From Eledone cirrhosa (Eukaryota), in assembly GCA_964016885.1 (NCBI GenBank), contig OZ024741.1, positions 177,444,001 to 177,508,000 of the forward strand: DNA of 64,000 bases. The letters are read 5' to 3'. This document shows, one piece after another, positions 24,027 through 35,500 of this stretch (the stretch's first letter is position 1; every line of letters begins with the position of its first letter). The position numbers and the translations under genes are program-made. The notes below the pieces were generated by a model. That model saw nothing but the letters and a program-made list of their open reading frames with translations. It did no database searches and was not told the DNA's origin.

Positions 24027-24195
24027 GCGATACCCACATAACATAACGAAATACAATAAAAACCACATTACATTTAAACGAAACTTCATCGTCTTTCTTT
24101 ATATATATATATATATATATAAAGAAAGACGATGAAGTTTCGTTTAGATGTAATGTGGTTTTTATTGTATTTCGTTATGTTATGTGGGTATCGCA
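24027..24195. repeat. Near-perfect palindrome centred on (TA)n
   Basis: tgcgatacccacataacataacg...gtctttcttt-(TA)n-aaagaaagac...cgttatgttatgtgggtatcgca; one mismatch seen. Confidence 0.93.
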
Positions 24196-24527
24196 TATAT
24201 ATATATGAAAAGTGTAATTTACTACACAAAACGAAGGTTATAGAGAAAATTGAGGTTGGTAATGGCACATGGAATATATAAGAGACATAATATTTTTTTG
24301 TGAAAAAACATATAATTTTATAAGGTAAGGAAATAATAAAGGTTTCGATGGGTCTGCAAAAGCCATCTTTTCAAATGTTGATTAATATTAAGAAAAATTA
24401 ATAATAAGAAGAGTTAAAATTTGAGATTTGAAAATTCAAGTATAAAATTCATTGTGGGATTTCATAGTAGTTTTCATCTTGGTAGCCGCAAGTTGACTGC
24501 TGTGTGCCTTTCTATATATATATATAT

Positions 24528-26219
24528 AGGGAAAAGTATGATCCCCACGGCAGAGCTCAAGCCGTTTCGACGGCTATTTCTGGACTAAATTAGAATGTTT
24601 AGCCTGGTGAATAAATAGCCGAACTTGTCAAGGGGGTACTTCCATATATGGGAAGATTGTAGTTGTTAAGAGGATTGTTTAAAATTTGTTGTAAACACAA
24701 ATAAATCTATTCTGGCATTAGGTGGGAGGTAGGGGAGGCTGTAGAACAATATTGGAGTGAGTGCAGCGGTCAAGCGTTGAAAGTGATATGTATACAGCAG
24801 ATTCTAAGGATAGTGTATGAAGTGGAGGAGGGAGGCTATAGAATAGGTAAATCGAATGAGAGTAGGAGACAATAAAAGATAATAGAAATAAATAAAAAAT
24901 ATATATAAAATTAGATAGTGAGAAATGAATTTTAAAAAATCACAATGCTATCTTACAATTACAGGTTAATAAGTTGAGAATAGAAAAAACTTGTAGAAAT
25001 TACAAAACTGATACAAACTTTAAGGGGTTTAACACATCAGCTATAAGTAGTTAGTAAAACGTATTCGGCCAATTCTATCTTAAAATAACAGAGGTGGGGG
25101 AACTGATGCTACAGGGCCCGATGGGCTGCATCGGGGTAGGCGAAAGAGGAAAAGCAGACGAGGAAGAAAATAGGGGGTGGAAGCAGTGAAAGGATGAGAC
25201 AGGGGGAAGAAGAAGACAAAGAGGAAAAGAAAATAGATACATCTACCTATGTAAGCTGGGTTTCCCCTAACTTATTCGGCAAGTGTGTGTGTGGGGGGGG
25301 GGGATATCAGCCCTTAACTACCCACCCGGGTTGTTATAGGGTTTGAGGGCGAGGTAAGTCCTATGCAATCTGTGTTTGCATGCGGTTACCAGTTCGTATT
25401 TCTTGTTTAGGAGTTGGTCCTTCGAAAACAGCATTTGTAATGTTTCCTCCGATCATAAGTTACACGGAGGGCGTCATCCCGTGTAAGAGTTAACTCTGGA
25501 CAGTAAGCTCCAAGTGTGATTGTAGGTTATATTATTATCTTGGAGGTCCCAGATGTGGCCGAAAAGTGTAGTGGCATGTCGCCGGACCGGGTTTCGGAAA
25601 GTTAGTCGGTGTTGGTAGAGCCGGGTCTTGAAGTCACACGCGGTTAAACCTATATAAGTTTTGTTAGAGGTATCCGTCCTCGCGTTGCACTGGTAGATCA
25701 CGTTACGTTCTCGGCATTTGTTTTGAAGGGCACGTAGATCTATCAGAGTAGTTATACCTCCTGGTCGGCTCTCCACTGATGTCTAGGTTATTTCTTCCAT
25801 AAGGGTTGAGTTTTTTGTTGTTTGAGGGGACGATGTTTTGTGCGAAGTTGGTGTGGTGCTGTAGGAGAGTTTGATGGTGTTTTTGTTGATTATGTTGTGG
25901 TAGCGGTGTTGTAGTCGGAAGTGTTTTTCGAGGAGTCTACCTCCCACCAAATGCCATGATAGACTTATTTGTGTATACAACAAATTTTAACCAATCCTCT
26001 TGACAACTACAATCTTCCCATATAAGGAAGTACCCCCTTGACAAGTTCGCCTATTTATTCACCAGGATTAATGTTCTAACTTAGTCCAGAAATAGCCGTC
26101 AAAACGGATTGAGCTCGGCCGTCGATGTCATACTTATTCCTATTTCACTCTCTACTACCCTAAGTATTGAGTACTCTGGTCCCTTATGGTCCATCTGGTT
26201 CCTTAATACAATTCCTTTG

Positions 26220-26220
<1 letters not shown>
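24528..26220 (-). mobile_element. 5'-truncated Penelope-like element (GIY-YIG end) with inverted pseudo-LTRs
   Basis: Minus-strand KHFR...NKNTIKLSYS and NVIYQC...TYIGLTACDFKTRLYQH...HIWDL; 24528-24711 is inverted relative to 25960-26140; (TA)n on both sides. Confidence 0.75.
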
Positions 26221-26253
<33 letters not shown>

Positions 26254-26939
26254 GAAAATGTTCACGACTCCGACGGCAGAGCTCACGCAGTTTCGATGGC
26301 TATTTCAGGTCCAGAAATAGCCGTCGAAACGGCTTGGGTTCTACCGTCGGGTCTTGAACATTTTACTATTACCCACTCTACTACCCTAACTATTGAGTAC
26401 TCTTGTGCGTTATAGTCCACCTGGTTCCTTACCACATTTCCTTCATTATATATATATATATACACATACACATATATATATATATATATTTGTATATTTA
26501 TATATATATATTTATTAACTTCTCTCTCTCTCTCTCTCTATCTATCTCTATATATATATATATATGTATATATATATACATAGAGAGAGAGAGGAGGAGA
26601 GAGAAAGAAAGAGAGATAGTGAGATAGTTAGATAGATAGCTAGATAGATAACTAGGTAGATATCTAGATAGATATATTTCTTTTATTTGCCACTAGGGCA
26701 TCAAAAGTGGGACAAGTACAAAGGGGGGAGTTTACACAAAAAGGCGTCCTCAATAAGGAGGAGGCAATAACAAAATATAAAAATAAAATAAGATATAACA
26801 AAAAATAAAATTTTTAACAAAATCCTCAATAGAGAGGAGGCGCCTTGGGGGGGTCGCACACACCCCCGAAAAAGGTGTGCAACCCTTCTCCTCAGGAGCA
26901 CAGAGAAGGGGTGCTCCCTTGGTCTATCATCTTCCTCAC

Positions 26940-29900
26940 CTATCGTCTGATGTTGAGTGAAGGCCCATTCACACGGGCCATTCTCGCCACTTTCACCCAT
27001 CTTTCATAGAAACGGCTGGGGTGCAGCACCTCTCTCTCCATCCTGATCCTTCTTCCGAAATGATATCGGAAGAAACGGACCAGTTGTTGGCCAGAGAGAA
27101 AGGTGCCCGACCTCAGTCCTTTCAGACGCGTCCACCATACAACCTCTTTCGCCATGGCTATTACGCACAGAAACACCGCCTCTGCTTCATCTTTGAAGGG
27201 GGGAGGCGGCTTGATCATTACAATAGACTCGGTGGTCAACCGGATCGGTCCCACCCTTGACAGCAGTTGTTCGACATAGCCCCACAGATCGGCTACGCCC
27301 GAGCAGTGTACTAATGCGTGTGCAACGGTTTCCTCGTCGCACACGCATCTGGGACAGATCTCTTTGGCGGGGTCCCTACCCGGGCGCCCGTGTCTGTAGA
27401 GCCTTTCTCGAACGGGTAAAGCCCCTCGGTAGCACTGCCAGGCCAGGGACTTCTGGAAGTTGTCCATAGGTCCCGGGCTGAATGTCCTACCGAACAGGCT
27501 GGCCAGTTCGTCCTCCTCCATGTCTAGGGCTTCTCCGAGGGCGTCGTCGCACCTGCTGCGCACCAGCCCTCTATAGAATGCTGCGGTGGAGTCTCCACTG
27601 ATAACCGGATCCGCCTGCCAGAGGGCGGTGAGCGCCTGGGCACACTCAGTGTGCCAGGCGCCCAGTTTTCTCGGTCTTTGCTTGACCCAGGATTGCAGCT
27701 CGGTGAGTGAGACGAGTCTGGGAAAGGTTCGTCTCACAAACGAGGCCCACACCGGTTGTCCGGTGAGGAATACGTAGAGGTGCCGTAGCCTTAATGCGTG
27801 TTTACGCATCATTAGCCACGGCATCCCCAGCCCTCCTTTCGAAGGGTGTTGACAGCAGATGGATCTCCTCACCATAGGAGCCCGCCTCTTCCAAAGGAAT
27901 TGGAAGAGCGCGCGCTCCATCTTGGTGAGGGTTTCCCTTGGGCAGGGCACTACGGTCAGGCGGTAGTAGATGACGGACGCTATGTAGGTTTTCGCCACCT
28001 CCGCCCGACCTTTCAGGGATAGTTTGCAACTGGCCCACTTCTGGGTCAGTGCAAACACCCTGTTCGTAACCTCCGCCCAGTTTTTCTCCACCTGGAGGGC
28101 CGGTCCGAACCAGACCCCGAGCAACTTCACCGGGCCCTCCGTCCAGCGTCCGACGACGCTATCGGAGGGCATCGGTCTGCCCCTCCACGTGCCGAGTTGC
28201 AAACCGATCGACTTGTCCCGGTTCAGCTTAGCCCCTGTGAACTTTTCGTACTCCTCCAGTAAGGTGCCGACCGCCTCGATTTCGGAGGCCGTCGACATCA
28301 TTACTGTCACGTCATCGGCGTAGGCCGACACCGCTTTCCGCAATCCCGGTTCCAAAGGGATGCCCTGCAACAACTCCAACTTCCGCAGTAGTGGCTCGAG
28401 AGTCAACACATACAGAAGGGAGGAGAGAGGGCACCCTTGTCGGATGGACCGCGCGATTTTGAACGGCTCCGAGAGGTAGCCGTTCACCTTGTCCCTAGAG
28501 CAGATGCGGCTGCTGTGCATAGCAGTGATCCAGCCCCTGAAAACGGGTCCGAAGCCTGCCGCCGCTAGCACCGCATCCAGGTAACCATGGTCGACCCTAT
28601 CGAACGCCTTAGATTGATCCAAGTTGATCAGAGCCCCACCAAAGCCGGGTTCGTTCCCAACCCTCTCTATGATGTATCGCATGAGGTGGAGGTTGTCATG
28701 GATGGACCTGGACGGGATAGCGCATGTCTGCGCATCTCCCACCAGGTTGCCCACGACAAGCGCCAACCTCTTTGCTAGCACCTTGGCCAAAATCTGTAAC
28801 TCTGTATTTAGCAGTGTTATGGGCCTGAAGTTACTTATTTCGTCCCCCTTGTTCTCGTCCTTCCTCACTAGCGTGACTACGCCCTTGGTCACAGTACAGG
28901 GAATTCTCCCGTTCTGTTGCCAGTTGCAGTAGACCGCCTCGAGGAGATCGGGGAACAAGTCCGGCATAGCTAGATATAATTCGTAAGGAAGACCATCGAG
29001 ACCCGGGGATTTGCGTTTGCCGCATTGGCTCAGCACGTCCTCTATCTCAGCGGCCGAAATCGGCTCCTCGCAGGACTTCGCCTCCCTGTCCGAGAGGCGC
29101 GGCAAGCCGTAGTGGTATGGACCGAAGTCCACGTTCCCAACCGGCTCCCCGCCCCTCCCGAACAGTCGGGCAAAGTGCCTTTGAAAGGCCTCACACATCT
29201 GCTTAGGCTCAAGAATCGCCCGTCCATCCAGGTCTCGCAAAGACCGGATGGTGGATTTAGTTCCACTGTTGGCCTCTGTCACGCGGGCCCAGCTAACAGC
29301 TTTGGTCCCCTCGTTCCCTAGAGCACGTATTTTACTTCGGACAACGCAGCCTTCGTGCTTCGCGTCGAAAAACTGGCTCAAAGCCGTTCTCGACGCTAGC
29401 ACTCTGGCCACGTCGCCGCTTCTAATTGCCTCTTCTACTCTATCTATTAGCTCCCTTTCCTTCCTATTCCTATCCGCAGCTAGAACCTTACTAAATTCTA
29501 TCGAGACTACTCTAATCTCTCTCTTTAGAGATACCCACCACCTGCTGTTGACGATCGCTCCAGTCAACCGTTCCTTAACTAACGTACTAATCCGATTCCT
29601 GTAGGCTCTACTTGCCGGCAAGGACAAGTTGAGCTTCCAGTAACCGGGGCCCTGTCTATGAGTTCTGTCAAGGTTGACCATGCAGGTCACTAATTTGTGG
29701 TCTGAATAGCCAACAATGCGCATTTTTGGACAACTTAAAAAGTCCTTATCCTTAATTCTAACTAAGAAACTATCTAGGTACGACCTAGATGATCCGCTAC
29801 GATTTGCCCAAGTCCAGGTTGGCGCAGTCGGAAAATCTAGTCGATATCTATCGGCCAGGTCAAATCGACCGATTATCCCTTTGAGGCTATTACACCCCTC

Positions 29901-30377
29901 TCTATCGGGGCAGGCCCCTACGTAGTCCCAGCGTGCATCTAGGATACCATTCCAGTCCCCCACTAATAGCAAGGAGCGGGACGTCCCTAGAAAAGTCTCC
30001 AGACGATGGAAGAAGTCCGGCCGCATTGACCCGAAAGGGCCGTAGGCGGCTACCAACCTAAACGCTCCGCCTTTACCACTACCAAGGTCCAGAACCACTA
30101 GTCGACCCTCCGGGTCCAAATGTACCATCTGTGTTGCGAGACCCAGATGTTTTTGCAGCAGAACGACAACTCCACCCCCACCTCCGGGCTGACAGAGAGA
30201 TGCGTGCATCTCAAAGTCATCAAAGGTGGGGGCCAGCTGTCGCACGTTGCTGATCCGGGCCTCGCAAATAATCATCACATCTATACGTTGTGACCTGAGG
30301 TCATTTAGAAGCATTGCTTGCTTCCAAGTTGAGCCCAGGCCACGCGCATTTAAACAGCCTACTCTTAGCATAGCCAT
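26940..30377 (-). CDS. Tx1-type ORF2: apurinic-like endonuclease + reverse transcriptase + C-terminal zinc finger (1145 aa from ATG)
   Basis: Uninterrupted; LNARG, GDWN, SYLD, YSDH, YWKLN (APE); KSPGLDG, FRPITLLN, LDQSKAFD, RQGCPLS, YADD (RT); CPRC..EETVAHALVHC. Confidence 0.95.
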   Translation of the reverse strand: MAMLRVGCLNARGLGSTWKQAMLLNDLRSQRIDVMIICEARISNVRQLAPTFDDFEMHASLCQPGGGGGVVVLLQKHLGLATQMVHLDPEGRLVVLDLGSGKGGAFRLVAAYGPFGSMRPDFFHRLETFLGTSRSLLLVGDWNGILDARWDYVGACPDREGCNSLKGIIGRFDLADRYRLDFPTAPTWTWANRSGSSRSYLDSFLVRIKDKDFLSCPKMRIVGYSDHKLVTCMVNLDRTHRQGPGYWKLNLSLPASRAYRNRISTLVKERLTGAIVNSRWWVSLKREIRVVSIEFSKVLAADRNRKERELIDRVEEAIRSGDVARVLASRTALSQFFDAKHEGCVVRSKIRALGNEGTKAVSWARVTEANSGTKSTIRSLRDLDGRAILEPKQMCEAFQRHFARLFGRGGEPVGNVDFGPYHYGLPRLSDREAKSCEEPISAAEIEDVLSQCGKRKSPGLDGLPYELYLAMPDLFPDLLEAVYCNWQQNGRIPCTVTKGVVTLVRKDENKGDEISNFRPITLLNTELQILAKVLAKRLALVVGNLVGDAQTCAIPSRSIHDNLHLMRYIIERVGNEPGFGGALINLDQSKAFDRVDHGYLDAVLAAAGFGPVFRGWITAMHSSRICSRDKVNGYLSEPFKIARSIRQGCPLSSLLYVLTLEPLLRKLELLQGIPLEPGLRKAVSAYADDVTVMMSTASEIEAVGTLLEEYEKFTGAKLNRDKSIGLQLGTWRGRPMPSDSVVGRWTEGPVKLLGVWFGPALQVEKNWAEVTNRVFALTQKWASCKLSLKGRAEVAKTYIASVIYYRLTVVPCPRETLTKMERALFQFLWKRRAPMVRRSICCQHPSKGGLGMPWLMMRKHALRLRHLYVFLTGQPVWASFVRRTFPRLVSLTELQSWVKQRPRKLGAWHTECAQALTALWQADPVISGDSTAAFYRGLVRSRCDDALGEALDMEEDELASLFGRTFSPGPMDNFQKSLAWQCYRGALPVRERLYRHGRPGRDPAKEICPRCVCDEETVAHALVHCSGVADLWGYVEQLLSRVGPIRLTTESIVMIKPPPPFKDEAEAVFLCVIAMAKEVVWWTRLKGLRSGTFLSGQQLVRFFRYHFGRRIRMEREVLHPSRFYERWVKVARMARVNGPSLNIRR

Positions 30378-30401
30378 GTTGGTGGTGAAGAGAAAAGGCA
30401 C

Positions 30402-32145
30402 TTACCTCTCTGCGTCCCGGGTATCGGGCTGCACAATTTCCATTAGGGTGGGGGATGGGTTGTTGGGTGGGGTGGTGGTTTTTGGAAGTGTGGGGGCATC
30501 AGTGTGTTGTGTGGTTGGGGAGCTTGGAGTTGTGAGGGTGTTTGGGGAGGGGGTGGGATAGTTTTTTAGGAGGACGCGGTTAATGGGCCCGACGCAGGGG
30601 GGACCCACGTCCTCTTTAAAATTGTTTTTTAAAGTTTTATAGGTGTCCTGTGGGGCCTTAATCATTTTGAGGTGGGGGGAAATCCCCTGCCTGAGTGAAG
30701 TTAGGCCCTTGTGTTTTTATTAGATTGTTGTTGTACACAATGTTTAACAGTTTTTTGTTTCTTGTATTTATGTATGTGTATGTATGTTTTTGTTTTTGTG
30801 TGGTGTTTTTTGTTTGCTGTTGTGAGCTCTTTTGTGTTGGTGTCAGTGTTATGTTTTGGGGAGGGTTTTTTTTCATTTGTGTGTCTGAGGTGTGTTTTCT
30901 TTTTTTTCTTTTGATTGTGTGGAAGTGCTCCTCCTCGTCTGACGACGAACTAGGGTCATCTTCCGCGTTGGAGGGGAGGGGTATATTTTCGGGTTGTGTT
31001 TGCGGTACGGGTGTTTTGGAAATTGTTTTTGTTTTTTGAGTGGAGGGGATGGGTTGGACATTGTTTTGTTTTGGTTTGAGCTGTGGTGGTTGTTTTTGTA
31101 GTGGTAGTTGTGGTGATTGTGTTGGTTGTGCAGTTGTTGGTGGTGTAGGCAGGATTGGGGTTTTCTTATTAAGTTGGGGACAGACAGCCCTCAGGTGACC
31201 TCTGGTTCCGCAGAGGTAACACGAGGGCCGTCTACCCTCAACGGTAATGTTGATGAAGGTTAGATCATCCAGTATGACGCGTTCAGGGATCTGGGCGATC
31301 CTTTCGGGCCTCATTTGAACTACAAGTTCGAGGCTCGTTCCACTGAACGCGTCACCCGATGTCTTTCCCATGGACACCAGCATGTCATCCTCCAGGTCCA
31401 GAAAACCTGTCAAAACCCACCATATGTCCATAATCGGCAGGATGGTGTGGATTTTTATTTTTTGTGTTCTTCTACCCATGTACGTAGGGTAGAAGGTGTA
31501 TGCGGTGGATGTGATTGGTTTGATGGACAGTTTCACTGCTGTGTCCCTGTCCTTCATGAGAATGGATAGACTCCCGTAGAGTCTATCCTTCTGAATGAAG
31601 GTGATGTCCTTCATGACGTCTTTTAAAACCAGCTCTATCTCGCTCTGTGATGGTTGAGCTGGTTTTTTACTTTTGTTCGAGATTGTCCTAAACATGACCG
31701 TGTTTAGGAGTCTCTGGCTTTTTAGTTCCGGGGGGGAATGGATTGTGAATGAACCATTTTCCCCGTACACTATATATTTTTTCGCATCCGCCAGTAGCTC
31801 CTTCGCTTTTGTTATATCTACTGGCAGATAGTCGAGGGTTTTCCTTGTCGTCTCGGCGAAGGAGAAATTTTGTTTGTTTGTGTTGTTGTTGTCGTTGGTG
31901 GTGTTGTTGTTATCATTGTTGTTGTTGTCACCGTTATTGGTCTTGTTGTTGTTATTGTTATTGTTATTGGTGTTGTTTTCGTCCGTCGCATTGTTGTTGT
32001 TGTTGCTGTTGCTGCTGGTTCTTTGGGTTGTTGCCATGGCAACGTCAAGTTGTCGGTTAACAGGTGGAGAGAATTCTTCCTCTGGCTGACCTATCTTCTT
32101 GACCTCTGCTACTGTGACAGTGGCAGGGGGAAGCTGTAAGTTCAT
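30402..32145 (-). CDS. Tx1 ORF1 (gag-like, CCHC zinc knuckle), with a probable frameshift near 30660
   Basis: CYLCGTRGHLRAVC; Asn-rich and Pro/Thr-rich tracts. The 30402-30665 continuation is homologous to the ORF1 end of the second copy (MEIVQ...R*). Confidence 0.8.
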
Positions 32146-32404
32146 CTTCTCCCCTTTCCTCCTTCGAATTTTGGTGAAGAAGCTTCGGCCATTTAAAAAA
32201 ATATTGACTTTTCAACAAGAAAAAACTTTTTTTTTTAACTATTTCGCCTAAAGGCGTAGAATATTTTGAGAGACTGACCAGATCAAAGTTTGACCTGGCA
32301 GTCCCTCTACAAAATGGTACAAAAATTAAAGTTATCAGACAAGAATTTCTATAGAAATTTAAACAGAACTTACTCAGCAAGTTATACGCGTGTGTCCATC
32401 CCAG

Positions 32405-32415
32405 AGATAGATATC

Positions 32416-32487
<72 letters not shown>
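32405..32487. repeat. (GATA)n microsatellite between the two Tx1 elements
   Basis: Seen directly. Confidence 0.97.
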
Positions 32488-32501
32488 CTGAATGATAGAT
32501 A

Positions 32502-35500
32502 AATTTCTTTATTAGCCACAAGGGCACAAAAGAAGGGGACAAATACAAATGGGGAGTTTACCTACTGGTATATGAAAATAAAACTATTAATGCAATAACA
32601 AATAACAATTGAAATCCCCAATAGGGGGGAGGTGTTACGCAGGTGTTGTACACACCCCGAAAAAATGTACAACCCTCATCTCCAGGAGCACCAAGAGTTA
32701 GTACTGCCTTCCTCTCTTCCTCTTTATCCTCAACCTACAGGCTTATATAGAGAGAAGGCCAACCACTCGGGCCATCTTTGCCACATTCACCCACCTTTTA
32801 TAAAATTTGCTGGAGTACAGCACCTCTCTCTCCATCCTGATTCTTCTTCCAAAATGATATTTGAAAAAACGAATCAGTTGCTCGCCGGAGAGAAAGGTGT
32901 CTGACCTCAACCCTTTTTACCTCGTCCAACATATAACCTCTTTCACCATAGCCATAGCACATAGGAAAACCGCCTCTCCCTCGTCTTTGAAGGCGGGTGG
33001 CGGTTTGATCATGGCAATGGACTCGGTGGTCAACTGGATTGGTCCCACCCGCGACAATAGTCGTTCTACATAGCCCCACAGGTCGGTAACGTCCGGGCAG
33101 TGTACAGATGCGTGTGCAACGGTTTCCTCGTCGCGCACGCATCTCGGACAGATCTTTTTCGAAGGGTCCCTATCCGGGCGCCCGTGTCTGTAGAGCTTGT
33201 CACGAACTGGTAGAGCTCCTCGGTAGCACTGCCAGGCGAGGGACATTTGGAAGTTGTCCATTGGTCCTGGGCGGAAGTTTCTACCGAACAGACTGGCCAG
33301 TTCGTCGTCCTCTACGCCTAGAGTTTCTCCGAGCGTGTTGTCGCACTTGCTGCGGACCAACCCTCTATAGATTGTCGAAGTGGAGTCTCCACTGATCGCC
33401 AGGTCCGTTTGCCAGAGGACTGTGAGCGCCTGAGCACATTTGATGTGCCAGTCGCCCGTTTTCCTCGGTCTTTGCTTGATCCAGGACTGCAGCTCGGTCA
33501 TCGAGACGAGTCGTGGGAAGGCTCGCCTCACGAATGAGACCCATACCGGTTTTCTGGTGAGGAATACGTGGAGGTGCCGCAGCCTGAGCGCGTCTTTGCG
33601 CATCGTCAACCACGGCATCCCCAGCCCTCCGTTTGAAGGGTGTTGGCAGCAGATGGATCTTCTCACCAAAGGAGCCCGTTTCTTCCAAAGAAATTGGAAG
33701 AGCGCGCGCACCATTTTGGTGAGCATTTTGGCTGGACAAGGCACAACGGTCAAGCGCTAGTAGATGACGGACGCTATAAAAGTGTTCGCCACCTCCGCTC
33801 GACCTTTCAAGGATAGTTTGCACTCGGCCCACTTCTGGGTGAGCGGAAACACATTGGCCGTCACCTCGTTCCAGTTCTTCTCCAGCTGGAACTCTGGACC
33901 AAACCAGACCCCGAGCAGCTTTACCGGTCCTTCCGTCCAGCGTCCGACGACGTCATCGGAAGGCATCTGTCTGCCTCTCCACGTTCCGAGCTGCAAACCT
34001 ACGTACAGTAGGGAGGGGAGAGGGCATCCCTTTCGGATGGATCGCGTGATATGGAACGGCTCCGAGAGGTAGCCGTTCACCTTGACCCTTGAGCAGATGT
34101 TGCTGTTGTGCATTGCAGCAATGCAGCCCCTGAACACGGGACCGAAGCCCATCGCCTCGAGCACCGCATCCAGGTAACGATGGTCAACCCTATCGAAAGC
34201 CTTAGACTGATCCAAGTCGATCAGGGCCCCACCGAAGCCGGGTTTAGACCCTACCCCTCTATGATGTATCGCATAAAGTGGAGGTTGTCGTGTATGGACC
34301 TGGTCGGGATTGCGCATGTCTGCGCTTCTCCCACCAGGTTTTCGACGACAAGCGCCAGCCTCTTTGCCAACATCTTGGCCAAAATCTGTAACTCTGTGTT
34401 GAGCAGAGTTATGGGCCGGAAGTTGCCTATGTCATCCCCCTTGCTCTCGTCATTCCTGACTAACGTGATTACGCCCTTGGTAACAGAACTGGGAATTCTC
34501 CCGTTCTTCTGCCAGTTGCAGTAGACCGCTTCCAGGAGACCGGAGAACACGTCCGGCATTGCTACGTAAAATTCGTAGGGTAGACCGTCGACACCTGGAG
34601 ATTTGCGTATGCCGCATTGGCTCAGCGCGTCCCCTATCTCAGCGGCCGAAATCGGCTTTTCGCAGAACTTCGCCTCGCTGTCCAAGAGTCGCGGTAGGCC
34701 GTCGAGGTATGAACCGAAATCCATATCCCCTCCCGTCGTGCCGCCCTGCCCGAGCAGTTGAGCAAAGTGCCGCTGAAAGGTCGCGCACATTTGCTTTGGC
34801 TCACGTTCACGCGTCCGTCTTGGTCATTGAAAGACCGAATCGTGGACTTGTTGCCACTTTTCGCCTCCGTCACTCGGGCGCAGCACACAGCTTTGGCTCC
34901 CTCGTTTCCCAGAGCACGTATTTTGCTTCTGACAACGCAGCCTTCATGCTTTGCGCCGAAGAACTGGTCCAAGGCCGTTCTCGTCGCTACTTTATCTACC
35001 AGTTCTTTTTCGGTCTTATTTCTATCTAACATTAATTATTTACTAAAACCTATCGAGTCTAATCTAACTTCCCCCTTGAGAGAGTACCACCATCTCTTGT
35101 TGACAATGGCCCTCGTCAAATGCCGCTTAACTAAAGTGCTAATCCGTCTACTGTAGGCTTTGCATGTCGGTAACGACAAGTTCAGCTTCCAGTAGCCGGG
35201 TCCCTATCTATGGGTTTTGTCAAGGTTGACTAAGCAGGTCACTAATTTGTGATCTGAATAGGCAACCATGAACATTTGTGGACAGCTTAAAAGTCTCTAT
35301 CCTTCTTTCTAACTAGAACCCTATCTAGGTACGATCTAGATGTTCCGCCGAGATTAGTCCACGACCACAGTAGCACAGTCGGAAAATCTAGTCGATATCT
35401 ATCGGCCAGGTCAAATCGGCCGATTAACTGTTTGTGGCTGTTACAGCCCCCTCTATCGGGACATGCTCCCACATAGTCCCAACGTGCATCTAGGATTCCA

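Larger units (their letters stand above)
26675..32402 (-). mobile_element. Full-length L1/Tx1-clade LINE inserted in (GATA)n
   Basis: ORF1 with a CCHC knuckle, intact ORF2, 3' UTR ending AATAAAagaaat; GATA repeats at 26615-26672 and 32405-32487. Confidence 0.92.
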
